The notes under the pieces: generated by a model
The model's database searches: none
What the model was told of the DNA's origin: nothing
Seen by the model: the letters and a program-made list of their open reading frames with translations, nothing else
Position numbers and translations under genes: made by a program
Part shown: positions 27,413-40,475 of the stretch, in pieces
How the letters are laid out: every line of letters starts with the position of its first letter
Numbering within the stretch: position 1 is the stretch's first letter
Source of the DNA: Octopus sinensis
Lineage: Eukaryota
Reading direction: 5' to 3'
Assembly: GCF_006345805.1 (NCBI RefSeq)
Contig: NC_043003.1
Span: 91,140,001-91,204,000, forward strand
Length of the DNA stretch: 64,000 nucleotides

Positions 27413-30400
27413 AATCTCTTTATTGCCCACCGGGGGCTAAACATAGAAATGATAGAAATGGACAGAACAACTGATGGGATCAGTAATGCGGTATGATTTT
27501 ACATAAAATGCGACTTTTAAAAATTAAATACAATATATAGAAAATCGAATGAAATTAACAAAACGGGGACAACACAAATGAAGCGACGACCAGGCCACGC
27601 TTCGACCCCACAACCCCGATCCATCGCTGGTACCTTTTATTGTTCTTTTTTTTTCCCCGTCTATTCACACGGTTCCTTGCACGCACAACACTCGTGCAAC
27701 ATGCTTCCACCTCTTTAGGAACGTACACTCCGATAGACATCTCTTCTCCAGCCACACCTGCCTTTTGAAATGAAAAGAAAAAAATGATCGTAAATTGTGG
27801 CTAGAGATAAACTTGCCTCTTCCTTTTATCCTAGTCTTCCATACTGCCTCTTTCGCTATTGCTACAACCGTGGGAAAACAATTCTTCGTTAAAACTCCCG
27901 GTGGGTCAATTTTTATAATTGACTCAGTCGACAGCTGTACTCTTCCTTCGCGGGACAACAGGTGTTCAGTATAAGCCCACATTTCAGATATCTCTCGACA
28001 CTGAACAATAGCGTGAGGGACGGTTTCCTTGCCCCGCCCCCCGCATCTTGGACAGGTCGGCGACTGACGCTTACCGTGTCTTACGAGCTTATCCCAAACG
28101 GGCAAGGCACCTCTGTAGCATTGCCAAGTTAAGGACTTTTGGAAGTTGTCCAACGTTCTCAACCCGAAAGTATAGTGAAACAGGCTGTCCAGTTGAATAA
28201 ACCCGAGACCTAGAGTCGATCCCAGGCCATCGTCGCATTCTGTCTCTACCAACCCACTATATAAAATTCGTGTGGAACCCCCATCGCTGGCGTTGCCCGA
28301 GCGCCGGAATAGCAAGATGGCCTTACGGCACTCTTTATGCCATTTACTCGACCTCGGTCTACGAGAACACTAGGTTTCCTGTTCATAAAAACTTTTGAAT
28401 TCGGAGAACATTTGTCTGGCCAGCGGAGACCACACCCGTCCACTATCCAGGAGAATCTAGAGGTGCCTCAACCTCAACGCATGCCTGCGCATCATTAACC
28501 AAGGCATCCTTAAACCTCCTTTTAAAGGCTTTTGACAGCAGACAGAGCGTTTCACAAGTGGCGACCTGCCCTTCCACAAAAAGCGAAAGAGCTGTCTCTC
28601 CAACCTGATCAACCATGAATCCGGACAGGGCACGACGGTCAGGCGGTAGGTAATGACTGATGCGATAAACACATTGGCCACCTCCGCCCTCCCTTTCAGG
28701 GATAGCCACCGCCAAGACCAGGTCTTGTGACTACTGCAGCCACCCTGCTCAATACCGCCGTGCAGTTCTTCTCTATCTGGAGGCCTGGTCCAAACCAAAC
28801 TCCCAGCAACTTAACCGGTCCCTCCGCCCAGCGCCCAACAACGCTGTCTGAAGGCATCCACTTGGCAACCCAGGTGCCGAGCTGCAAACCGACCGACTTC
28901 TCCCGGTTAATCTTTGCTCCTACCGCCTCTTCGTAAGCCTCAATAGTCTTACCCACTTCACGTAGGCGTGTTACTGAGGTTACGCTGATACTGATATAAT
29001 CTGCGTAAGCCGTAACAAACCACTCAACCTTCGCAGTAAAGGCTCGAGAACCATCACATACAAAAGTGGTGAGAACGAACATCCTTGACGAACCGAGAGT
29101 CTGATGCAGAACGGCTTCGAAAGGAAACCGTTCACCCGAACTATCGAGTCAATGTTGTGGGACAAAGCGATAAACCACCTGAAGAAGCCAAGGCGCAGGC
29201 CGAACCGCGCAAGCACAGCCGCCAGGTATCGATGGTCAATCCTATCAAAAGCTTTAGACTGGTCTAAATGTACCAATGCCCCACCTTTATTACCAACCCT
29301 CTGTATGGTATAGCGAATAAGATGGAGGGTATCTTGAATGGTTCTGCCTGGGATGGCACATGTCTGTGCCTCCCCGACTATACTATTCGCGACACGCGCC
29401 AACCTTCACTTCTGCGTTTAACATAGTGATGGGCCTGAAATTCTTTATAATGCCCCCCTTGTCCGGGTCCTTTCTGACCAACACCACTACTTCCCGGCGC
29501 ACAGATCTGGGGATAAACCCATTCTGTTGCCAGTTCGCGTACACGTCAGCCAGTAGATGCCCGAACAAGTCTGGCATACATTTATACAGCTCGTACGGAA
29601 GACCATCAAGTCCCGGCGACTTACCCGCTTTACAGTCGGCCAAAGCCTCCATCACCTCCACAGGCATGATTGGCCCTTCGCAAGACTCTGCATCCGACCC
29701 CGAGAGATACGGCAGCCCGGCAAGAAAGTCCTCGAGGGCTCTCCCACCACCAGGACCGCCGTCACCCTCGAACAGCTGGGCGAAGTACTCCCGAAAGGCC
29801 TCACACTTTTTCTCGGGTTCGTTTACCAAGACACCATTTTGATTCGTCAAAGACTGAATAGTGGAACTATTTCCTTGCCGAGCTTCCACCATTCGGGCTC
29901 ATCCAGCGGCCTTGATTCCTTCACTTCCCATTGCACGTAACTTAGCTCTGGCAATACTTCTCATGTGGTGGGCTTCAAGATGCTGGTTTAACTCCAGTCT
30001 TTTCATCCTCGCTTGGTCCGCATTACCAGTCCTCCAGGCTTCTTCTAGTTCCTTAACTAGACCATCTCCTATTTTACGTCCCTTCTTAAGCTAAACTTAT
30101 ACTAAACCTAACAGACTCATATTTGATGGCTCTTTTTAGGGCTTACCACCATTTGTTATTAATGATGATACCTGTTAATACCCTCTGTATTAACATCTTG
30201 ATCCGCTTTCTGTACTCCTCAATCGCCAAAAAGGATCTATTGAGTTTCCTGTAGCCAGATCCCTGACTATGTAACTTATCTACCGTCAGTTTACAGGTAA
30301 CCATCTTGTGGTCACTGTAGCTGACTAGAAAAAACTATGGACACTCGGCTATGGACTTACCTATTTCTCTAATTAAAATCCTATCTAGATATGTTCTGGA

Positions 30401-32540
30401 AGACCCGTCACTATTTAACCACGTCCACTGTGGAGTGATCGGGTGTTCCAACCTATATGGATCTGCTAGCTGAAAGTGATTTACCAGATCCCGTAAGCCT
30501 GGGTTACATTTTCTGTTCATGTTCGAGCCAACACAATCTGTGTGTGCGTCACATATTGTGTTAAAGTCTCCTAACAACACTAGCGAATGTGACGTGGCTA
30601 GGAATTTGCCCAGGTCACGAAAATATTCACTTTGCGGGCCCATAATGTTGGGTGCATAAATAGCGACTAGCCTGATTATCTTACCACAACTGAATGTCAG
30701 GTCAAGAACAACCAGCCTGCCTTCTGTGTCAGAAAAAAAAACAACTTTTTCTCGGCTACCCGGTTTCTTTTTAGTAGGACCAACGCCCCACCCCACCTCC
30801 CGCCCGAATCGGAGAAACGTATTTCTCGTAGCCGTTCAGGGGGGGGGGAGCAGATCTCTTGGCCCCTTCACCCGGGTTTCCTTTACAACAATTACATCCA
30901 AATTTCTCGACCTGATGTCATTTAGGAAGCGCCCTTGCTTCCAACTCGACATCAGACCACGAACATTTATACAACCAATGTGAATAGACGTGACTTGCCT
31001 TTTAGATCGGGACGTCTGTGGAGAGGGACTCTCCGCCTTTTCTTGACTTAGGGTCGGAGATGGTAAGCCTTCAAACATAGATTGATGAAAATCAAATCTC
31101 AATGTTGACACCGATTTTCTATGTGTTAAACAAGATATTATATGTATTATTTTTGGCCAGTTCGTAAAATTCATAGTTTTTATATTTATCTAATTGTTCG
31201 ATTAATCTAGTTGCTGATTTTTTTTTATATCACGCATTAAATCTTCGTTTTTGCTGTGTAGCGCAGCTATTCCTCTGTTCGTCACCCCCTCCGCCTTCCT
31301 CGCTCTGTCTCTCTTGGCTGTTTTTTTTTTTTTTTTTTTTTGGTCTCGGCTCGCTCTGCTTTTGCTGGTTCGAGCCTTCCATTTTCCTTTTGTTGTTTAT
31401 TTTTCCTTCAGTTTCTCTCTCTCTCTCTTTCTTCCTCCTCACCGTCTGATTCTTCTTCACCTTCTTTACAATATTTTTTAATGTGACCCAGTTGGCCACA
31501 CTGGAAACATCGGGGCTTACGCCCCTCACCAAAAAATATTTAGAGCTTCCTCCCCTACTTCTACGATTTCTGGGAGCTGTTCTAAAATGTTTTGGTCAGC
31601 CTGCAGTATGAAGTTGAGCGTTTGACCAGTCCAATATGTATTCTCTGTGACGGTAGCCTGCAGGAGGTTAATATTATCTTCCCTGTTTTCCAGGACTGTC
31701 GCCATCAAGCACATAGGGTTTACTCCGGGTGGAATTCTTGGTATTTTAACCTTAGATGTTCTCATTTCCATGTACATTGGGATTAATATTGTGTCTTCCG
31801 ACTCTAATGATTTTACAGAGTGTTTTTGTGCCGTTTCTGCGTTCTTGAACCTCACCACGATGGTTCCAAACTTCTTCCCTCTGGCTAGATATGTAATGTC
31901 CTGCCAGATGGGTTTTAAACATTTTTCAATTTTTTGCTCACATATCTTATCAATTTTTCGAGCTTTTAAGCAGAATGTCTTAAAAATAATAGTTTTCCTT
32001 TTTTCTTCCGTTAATTCTTCTTCTGGTATTTCCACTTTTACCACTCCATCTCATTCTGTTATCATTTCCTTGTATTTTAGTAATTCTTTTTTGTCAGTTG
32101 ACAGCTGTCGCGTTCCACTACCAGCTGCTGACGCAAAACTTTTTCTTTCTTCATTTTGGATGGTCTTTGCTTCTATATTTCTTTTGGTATTCGTAACTTT
32201 TGGTAATGCAAGGAATTCACTTTCCGACACATCAGAAACGTTATCAAAAATTAAACTTTCTATTTTCCTTGCTTCCCGTTCGGTCGATGAATCATCACCC
32301 GACAAAGACGCATCTTCGTCGGGTGATGATTCATCAACCGAACGGGAAGCAAGGAAAACAGAAAGTTTAATTTCGGCATCTTGCCGGCAATTAACGTCTT
32401 CGTCCACAGGGGAAAACCACAGATAGCTTTCGAAAGAAAACTATAATACAATTTTTTAAACAATAAGTCTAATAAGCACAAGAGATATATAACAATTAAC
32501 AAAAACTTACGAACACACTCCAACAATAAATTTTCAATAA
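27413..32540 (-). mobile_element. Tx1/L1-clade LINE, near full length, decayed
   Basis: ORF1 with zinc knuckle CFQCGQLGHIKKYC (~31470-31510); APE endonuclease (INVRGL, AIYAPN, LGDFN, YLDRIL); RT (KSPGLDGLP.ELY, FRPITMLN, LDQSKAFDRIDH, VRQGCSFSPLLY, AYADY); C-terminal CPRC..ETVPH..C; 13-bp TSD CAGACGAAATACC. Confidence 0.93.
32248..32373. repeat. hairpin with ~58-bp arms in 5' part of Tx1-like ORF1
   Basis: TTTTCCTTGCTTCCCGTTCGGTCGATGAATCATCACCCGAC / GTCGGGTGATGATTCATCAACCGAACGGGAAGCAAGGAAAA. Confidence 0.9.
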
Positions 32541-32553
32541 CAGACGAAATACC

Positions 32554-32780
32554 TGTTTCTTTACTACCCACAAGGGGCTAAACACAGAGAGGACAAACAA
32601 GGACAGACAAACGGATTAAGTCGATTACATCGACCCAGTGCATAACTGGTACTTAATTTATCGACCCCGAAAGGATGAAAGGCAAAGTCGACCTCGGCGG
32701 AATTTGAACTCAGAACGTAACGTCAGACGAAATACCGCTAAGCATTTCGCCCGGCGAGCTAACGTTTCTACCAGTTCGCC
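32554..32780 (-). mobile_element. full-length tRNA-derived SINE
   Basis: Minus: GGCGAACTGGTAGAAACGTTAGC (A-box-like), GAGTTCAAATTCC (B-box), tail TTTAGCCCCTTGTGGGTAGTAAAGAAA. Confidence 0.85.
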
Positions 32781-32878
32781 ATCTTGTGGGGGCATCCTTT
32801 TAAAATATGAATGACTAAGCAACACATTTTGTAGTTTTAAGAACAGATAGCAGTTGAAAATGCGCACGCGCATATGGA

Positions 32879-32912
<34 letters not shown>

Positions 32913-33435
32913 AGTTGATTTCATTGTTAGAGTGGCAGACCATATAGTTTAATTGTTTATTTATTGATTTATGGCGGAAATGAATTTCATATCAATAAAG
33001 AGCATACAAAACTACATCAACACATCAAATTTGAAGAAATCGAAGAGTGGTAGCCAAACAGAAAAGATCCATGCTAGAATATGGCGTAACAAAACTATGT
33101 TAGAAGCCATTGATAAATGTCAGCATTCGAGCAAAAATATGTACAAACAGAACTGAAGCTCTTGGGCAATCAGATACAGCTTGGGCAATAGATAGGAAGT
33201 ATTTTGTACAACTGGATACCCTCCCGGTCATCAACCCTCACCTGTCCCAAGGAAGATAACATTTCACCATGCTCAGACATGCTTTTATGGAATACTGGAA
33301 ATAAAGGATACTGTTTGCATGACATTGACACTTGCTTACAACTATTACGTCGAGGTAAGGAGACAGTAAAACACACACGCATACATACATACATACACAC
33401 ACACACACATACATACATACATACACATACATACA

Positions 33436-33467
<32 letters not shown>

Positions 33468-33524
33468 CACACATGCACACACACGCATACACCTTTTTCG
33501 ATCTTTACCTTTTGACCGACAGAG

Positions 33525-34999
33525 GATCTTTTCCTTTTGAACGGCACTTTGTAACATAATTTCTAGATAACTAAAAAGTTTTAAACTTCGTATACTGGTG
33601 GAATGTGTTTATAAAACATCATTTTCTCTTGGCTTTATTGAGAAAATTCTATAGTTTGTAAGATATTTTGTCTAAAATTTCTTGCATTTCGGCAATTTTA
33701 ACCAATCAATTACCTCCATTGACGTAAATAACACTCTGTGCATAATGAATATGTCCCTCCTTTAAGAAACAGATTGGGTTTATTTACATTTGTGAAGAAA
33801 AAAGATACTCTTCCCCCACCCCACCCCTAACCCTAACTCTAATCCTAAATCTAAAATAGATTGAAATAGATCGATACTAGGGTTATAATTATGGGTGACA
33901 ATTTCATACGACACCGCTATAAAAAACTTAGCGGTGTCGTGTGAAATTGTCACCCATAATTATAACCCTAGTATCAATCTATTTCAATCTATTTTAGAGT
34001 TAAGGTTAGGGTTAGGGGTGGGGGAAGGATATCTTTTTTCTTCACAAATGTAAATAAACCCAATCCGTTTCTTAAAGGAGGGACATATTCATTATGCACA
34101 GAGTGGTAGAATGTGTCATATAAAACATCTTTTACTCTTAGCATTTTTGAGAAAAGCTTATATTTAGGAAGTATTTCACGTTAAAGTTGTAGATTTTCGG
34201 TAACTTCAACCAATCAAGGACGTGTATTCAGCTGAATAAAATTTCCTTTTGATGGACGGAATTTTCTAGTTAACTAAACAATTTGAAACTTCGTATACTG
34301 GTAGAATGTGTCAAAAGAAAACATTATTGTAAACAAAATTGAAAACAAAATTGTAATTTCTAAGTTTAACGTAGTTTAATGATTCGAATTTTAACCAATG
34401 AAATCCTAGCATTTGAGCTCAAACCATTTGCTGCGTCTAAAAACTCACACACACACGTCTTATTCATCCTTGTCTCTTCTGTCTTCTGTCTTCTGCATGT
34501 GCTAGAAATAACAGCTATATCTCTTAAATCGGTGAATTTCGTCGCCCAATAAAAATATTAACGATATTTTTTTAATATTTTCTTTATTTTTTTTTTACCG
34601 AAAAGGCTTCTCCCATGGTTTTTAAAGGGCCAGAAACAACAAAAACAAAACAATAATATGCCTAAAGCGGTCTTGAGTTTGCGCGTGGAGTGTGAGTAGT
34701 ATTGTAAAAATTTGCGAAATATTTTTTCAGAAAAGGATGCCCCAGCTTGTCGGAAGCTGTGATATAAATTGGGAAAAAAATTCTCACCACCAGTGCGTAA
34801 TTGGTACTAATTTATCGACCCCGAAACGATGAAACATTGACCCCACCCCTTCTGGTTTATTTACCTTTTGTGTAAATTTGTTGCGGCAACGTGTATGTAT
34901 GCTTGTGTGCGTATGTGTGTGTATGTATATGTCCGTTTGTATGTGTGTGTACGCTTATATATTAATTACTATGTGCTTGTGCAAATGTATATGCATGTG

Positions 35000-35046
<47 letters not shown>

Positions 35047-35640
35047 CAGAGAGTGTGTGTGTGTGCAAGTGTACGTGTGTATGTATCTGAATATGTGTGT
35101 GTATGCGGCATGCGTCTGCTATGTTTCTTAATCAATATCGATAACGCAGCAAATGATTTGAGCTCAAATGCTCGGATTTCATTGGTTAAAATTCGAAGAT
35201 GCTGGGATTTTATTGGTTAAAATTCGAATCATTAAACTACGTTAAACTTGTTTTCAATTTTGTTTACAATAACGTTTTCTTTTGACACATTCTACCAGTA
35301 TACGAAGTTTCAAATTGTTTAGTTAACTAGAAAATTCCGTCTACCAAAAGGAAAAGATCCAAATTACTGCTGTTGTTTGCCAACAAGAACTTCCGGTGGT
35401 GTATATTTCGTTTGTCACTGTTATATATGACAACCCTAACCCTAACACTAAAACCCTAACCCTAACCCCCTAACCCTAAAACCCTAACCCTAAAACCTTA
35501 AAGCTAAAACCAGTACAAACGCACGAACGATGTCATAAATAACAGTGACAAAGGAAAAATACACCGCCGATAGCTGTTGTTGACAAACAACGGCAGTAAT
35601 TTTATCCAGCTGAATACACGTCATTGAATACACGTCATAC
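33525..35640. mobile_element. nested cluster of GGATC-family fold-back elements with (CCCTAA)n-like motifs
   Basis: Hairpin ~33735-34103 centred at ~33924; 1.1-kb fold-back 34244-35360 inserted inside another inverted-repeat element (34219-34243 pairs with 35598-35622). Confidence 0.8.
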
Positions 35641-36094
35641 TAGAATAAGATAAAAATTGTGATGGCACGTGTAATACATGATATGGACGAAAGTAAAGAA
35701 TACGTACACCCGGTTTTTTAGAGTTTAAGGTTAGGCTTTTTGTTACGCTGAAAACGGGTGGTGTACGTATTATTTACCTTCGCCTATGATATGATATAAT
35801 GTAATTCAACGAATAAGCAATTCAATTTGATGGGGAGACTGATTTTCAAAAACATAACAGTATACGTTCACTTGGTAGAGTAAAACTTAACGCTGAAATA
35901 TATTAATATCTTACATATATTAAACGCAATATGTGTCAGGCTGGGGAAAAAGACTAAAACAACAATTGGAATGGGAGTGCCAGAAACGCTAAAGGCAGGC
36001 AAACTGCATTCAAAGGTTTTGGTCTGCTGTAAGTCACTGATATTTTTATCAAAAATAAACTGCAGATTTTTATTGTAAGTTGTATTTAGTTAAT

Positions 36095-36139
<45 letters not shown>

Positions 36140-36189
36140 CTTTAACTGGTTTCAGCCAAATGTTGGGTCATGATGGAGCACTGCCTTTC

Positions 36190-37380
36190 AGTGTGTTTGG
36201 GTCTCCTTTCTGTTTATTATCAGCGTAGCTGGTGAGAGTGGCTGACTGTACGACTGAGGGCATGTCTGGGAGAGCCACCACAAACAGTAGTGGTCCACTT
36301 GAGGAACACCACTGGGGATTGATGGCTTCCCAAAGAGTGCACCACTAGCTGCAACTGTCCGACTTCATTCTTTTAAAAAGTCGTGCAGCCACTCTCCCAG
36401 TTTTCCAATGATACAAAGGTCACGTAATTTGTAACATATCCTCCCATGATCAACTTTGTCAAAGGCCTTTGGAAAGTCGTGATATATCACACCCACATTT
36501 GAGTGGTTGAGCTGCTATTTTAGTACCCAGTTGTAATGTTGAAGTAGCAGAGTGAGGCAGCTCCTCTCTAGGCGGAAACTGTGTTGTGTGTGAGTAAGTT
36601 ATCTTTCAGGAACGTGATACTCATTCTAACAATGCGTTCCATGACCTTGCTTACATGTGAAGTCAGAGAGATAGGCCTGTAATTTTTAGCATCTGCTCTG
36701 CTTCCACCTTCATGGATAGGGCATATGATACCTCCTTTCACAGTTTAGAAAGTTTGCCACGTGTAAGGAAACTCTGAAAAAGTATCTGAAGTGGTTTTGC
36801 AAGAGGTTTCTTGCATGTTTTTAGAACATCGGAAATCCATCCGGGCCCGTTGCTGAGTTTGAGCTCATCTCATCAGTGGCCAATATTACATCTTCCTCTT
36901 TTTTTGTTGATGTATTCAATTGTTGTCTTTTTCCCCGTGTAGGTTTAGTGTTGAAAAACTCTTTAGGTTCATATATTTGTATGTTTTCCAGGGAAGAGAT
37001 GAAGACACTCTGGAATTGTTTATTTAGCACTTCACTATCCTCTTGGGATCTGCAGTTAGAGAGCCGTCTTCTTCAAACAGTGGTCCGATCCCTTAGTGCA
37101 CCGAGACAGACTCCTTCACAAACTTGTAGAAGGCTTTGAGATTTATTTTTATATTTTCCACCGCCCTGGTTTCTCTTTCTACCATTTCATTTTCATGGGA
37201 GGTTCTGAGTTTATTTTGACTCTAGAAGTGCCTCTTTGATTTTTCACCGTCATAAGGTTTTCCATTTAAGTGATTGGAAATCTTTGTTCTCTGTCTCATA
37301 AGGACTCTCCTGTCCCGAAAAATGATGTTTGCATATGAGGTTGCTCTCTTCTCTGAGACAAAATTAATGCATATGCATAT
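36190..37380 (-). mobile_element. decayed LINE RT fragment (CR1/jockey-like)
   Basis: Minus remnants SATGPDGFP, YRPISLTSHV.K, YHDFPKAFDKVDH, PQCVPQ. Confidence 0.75.
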
Positions 37381-37456
37381 GAAATTAAATGTTAAACACT
37401 TCTGTTTTCAAAGTATTATCGTTTATAACATATATGTAAATGTTATGTGAACAATA

Positions 37457-37495
<39 letters not shown>

Positions 37496-37640
37496 CAGTT
37501 TTTTCTTCCGCTTTAATCGATCTTTCCAGGTTTGCCCTTTCTAATACAAGCCCTTATTTCCATTCACTAGTAAAAGAATAACATATTTTACTGATTTCAT
37601 CGATCTAAAAACTGTGAACAAACATACGCTCGCGTGCACA

Positions 37641-37671
<31 letters not shown>

Positions 37672-37740
37672 CACACACACACACACACACATACATACAT
37701 ACATACATACATACATACATACATACATACATACATACAT

Positions 37741-38381
37741 ACGAGGTCTGATCAATGAGTATCTGGACTGTTGCCATAGTAACAAAGCTAAAGCACGCAG
37801 AGTGAAGCCGCTCGGCAAAAATTGATCTGGAACTCTGCTGTGCATACGCACTAAGTTTTAACGTTCTAGCTCATTTCTGCTTAGTAGGAAGGTGTGTAGC
37901 GTGTGATCTTCGTATTGACCATGACAGAGAAAGTTGTCATGGCGATACCTGCTCAGAGGCCTACGCAAAGTTGCAGAAAGTGTATGGAGAGGAGTGTATG
38001 AGCCGCACACAAGTGTATGAGTGTTTCAGACGTTTCCAAGATGGCCGAAAAAATGTCGATATCGACGAACGTTCTGAGAGGCCCACAACCAGCAGAACTG
38101 AGAAAAACGTTGCGTGCAGCTGTGAGGGGAAATCGTCGAATCACCATCTGTGAGTTATCAGAGGATGTACAGATTAATTACGGTTCAGTTCAGTCCATCG
38201 TTGCTGAAGATTTAGGCATGAGATGTGTGTCTGCCAAGTTTGTGCCAAAACTGCTTTCAGCTGACCATAAAGGCACTTTGGATTTCAGATGCACAAAATT
38301 TCTTTGATTGTGTCGAGGAAGATGAAAACTTCTTGAAAACTTTGCATAAGCCTCTGAGAAGGTATTGCCTATTTACCGCTA
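37741..38381 (+). mobile_element. mariner relic (5' half)
   Basis: TA|CGAGGTCTGATCAA ITR-like start; YGEECMSRTQVYE.FRRFQDGR, NRRITI.ELSE, VSAKFVPKLLS. Confidence 0.85.
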
Positions 38382-38437
<56 letters not shown>

Positions 38438-38444
<7 letters not shown>

Positions 38445-38904
38445 ACAAGATAAGGGCAAAAGAAACATTCTAATGCCAAATATGCCGAAAAAAAGACAAT
38501 AATTGTCAATAAACCATTATAATTTATGCGTCTCGAAACAAACCGATAGAAATCTCTAAAAAATTCGTTATTACCGCATTGGTCCAATTTCGGGGTTAAT
38601 TCGTAAGAATTTTCCCCCTCTTCAGCGGCAAATACGCGAGATATAAGTGAAATACTTACTCATACCCATGGAAAAAGTATGAGTAAGTATTTCACTTATA
38701 TCTCGCGTATTTGCCGCTGAAGAGGGGGAAAATTCTTACGAATTTACCCCGAAATTGGACCAATGCGGTAATAACGAATTTTTTAGAGATTTCTATCGGT
38801 TTGTTTCGAGACGCGTAAATTATGATGGTTTATTGACAATTATTGTCTTTTTTTCGGCATATTTGGCATTAGAATGTTTCTTTTGCCCTTATCTTGTAAA
38901 TTAT
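38438..38904. repeat. near-perfect palindrome, ~228-bp arms, 11-nt loop, embedded in (TA)n
   Basis: Loop CCATGGAAAAA at 38666-38676; about 3 mismatches seen between arms. Confidence 0.95.
38711..38771 (+). ncRNA. type I hammerhead-like motif with G at position 17 (mirror copy 38571-38631 on minus)
   Basis: TTGCCG-CTGAAGA-GGGG..CCCC-GAAA-TTGG.A.CCAA-TG-CGGTAA. Confidence 0.6.
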
Positions 38905-38909
38905 TTATT

Positions 38910-38952
<43 letters not shown>

Positions 38953-39022
38953 TATATGTTTGATTTGCCTAATAGTGGTTTTATCTCTAATTTACTATAA
39001 TATATATATATATATATCTATA

Positions 39023-39066
<44 letters not shown>

Positions 39067-39068
<2 letters not shown>

Positions 39069-40330
39069 GGGTGTCCATAAAGTCTTTTTATAATTTAAAA
39101 ATTTATTACAAAGGCAATTGATAATCTATCTTAATCAGACCTGTTCTGTTATAATCAGTGGTTTTCAAAATTTTTAATCACGTTGGATTTTTGTGTTTCA
39201 GGCATCCTGCAGATTAAAGAGGCATTTTTTAAATAACCCCCGAAGAAATGGCTACTTTTCAAGAGAAGGCACAATGTGTATCATGGTTTACTGAGATAAA
39301 ATTGGATATGCAAACTCAACGAAACTACAGAACAAAGTATGGAAGAGATCTACCACCACATCCATTAATTCATGCATGGCACAAAGAATTTACGGAAACA
39401 GGGATAGTGTTAGATAGAAAGAGGAGTGGGCGACCAAGAACATCAGAGGAAAGCATTGATCATGTAAGAGAAACCTTTTCTTATTCTCCCACAAAATCCA
39501 TCTGTACTGCTGCCAGACGGTCAGAGCTATCACTTTCAACAGTACACAAGGTCCTACACAAGTGCAAGTCCTACAGGCAATCGAGCTAGATGATAAACCA
39601 AGATGAACTAATTTCTGAAGATGAAACATTCCTTAGGCAAGTTTGTTTCAGTGATTAGGCAACCTTTCATATTTCAGGAAAATTGAACAAACACAATGTG
39701 AGAATCTGGGGATCAGAACACCCCCACATGACTAGCGAAGTTCAGTGAGATAGTTCCAAAGTGAATGTCCGGTGAGGGATTATGTGCAATCGAATTATTG
39801 GTCCATTTTTCTTCAATGAGAGATTAATTACTGCTAATGTCTGCCTTGACCCTTTGACTGAATATGTGGCACCACAACTCCAGGACCTTTAACCGACCAT
39901 CATTTTCCAGCAAAATCGTGCCCCACCACATTGTTCGTGGGTTCCTCAATCAAACATTTGGGATTGGAAGGGATGAGCCAATTCCGTGGCCACCACATTC
40001 ACTAGATATCACACCTCTGGATTTCTTTCTATGGGGCTTTGTTAAAGATATCATGTATCGAACAAAGATACGGGACATTACTGAACTAAAGCAAAAGATA
40101 ACAGATGTGATTGCAACCATTGATGAGGTTATGCTACAGCAGACATCGCAAGAAATCGAGTACCATCTTGATATGCTTCATGCAACTAGTGGTGCCCATA
40201 GAGGTGCATTAAATGAGGTGAAAAAACTTTGAAAACCACTGAGTACAATGGAACAAGTTTGATTAAGATATCTTATCAATTGTCTTTGTAATAAATTTTT
40301 AAATTGTAAAAAGACTTTATGGACACCGTA
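39067..40330 (+). mobile_element. Tc1/mariner (rosa/DD41D-like) element with long TIRs, transposase pseudogene
   Basis: TIRs GGTGTCCATAAAGTCTTT.. / ..AAAGACTTTATGGACACC (>100 bp); MAT.QEKAQCVSWF..RSGRPRTS; WPPHSLDITPLDFFLWG. Confidence 0.85.
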
Positions 40331-40411
40331 TATATCCAACCGTATATGGACACCGTATATGTCCAACCCATGCTAGCATGGAAAGCGGACGTTAAATGAT
40401 GATGATGATGA

Positions 40412-40458
<47 letters not shown>

Positions 40459-40475
40459 ATATTCAATATATATAT

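Noticed and set aside
31647-32426. 259-aa plus-strand ORF as a host gene
   Set aside because: Antisense shadow of the Tx1-like ORF1, partly produced by the internal hairpin
35432-35510. Telomere or interstitial telomeric array
   Set aside because: Short degenerate CCCTAA runs lie inside a fold-back transposon and recur in its relatives
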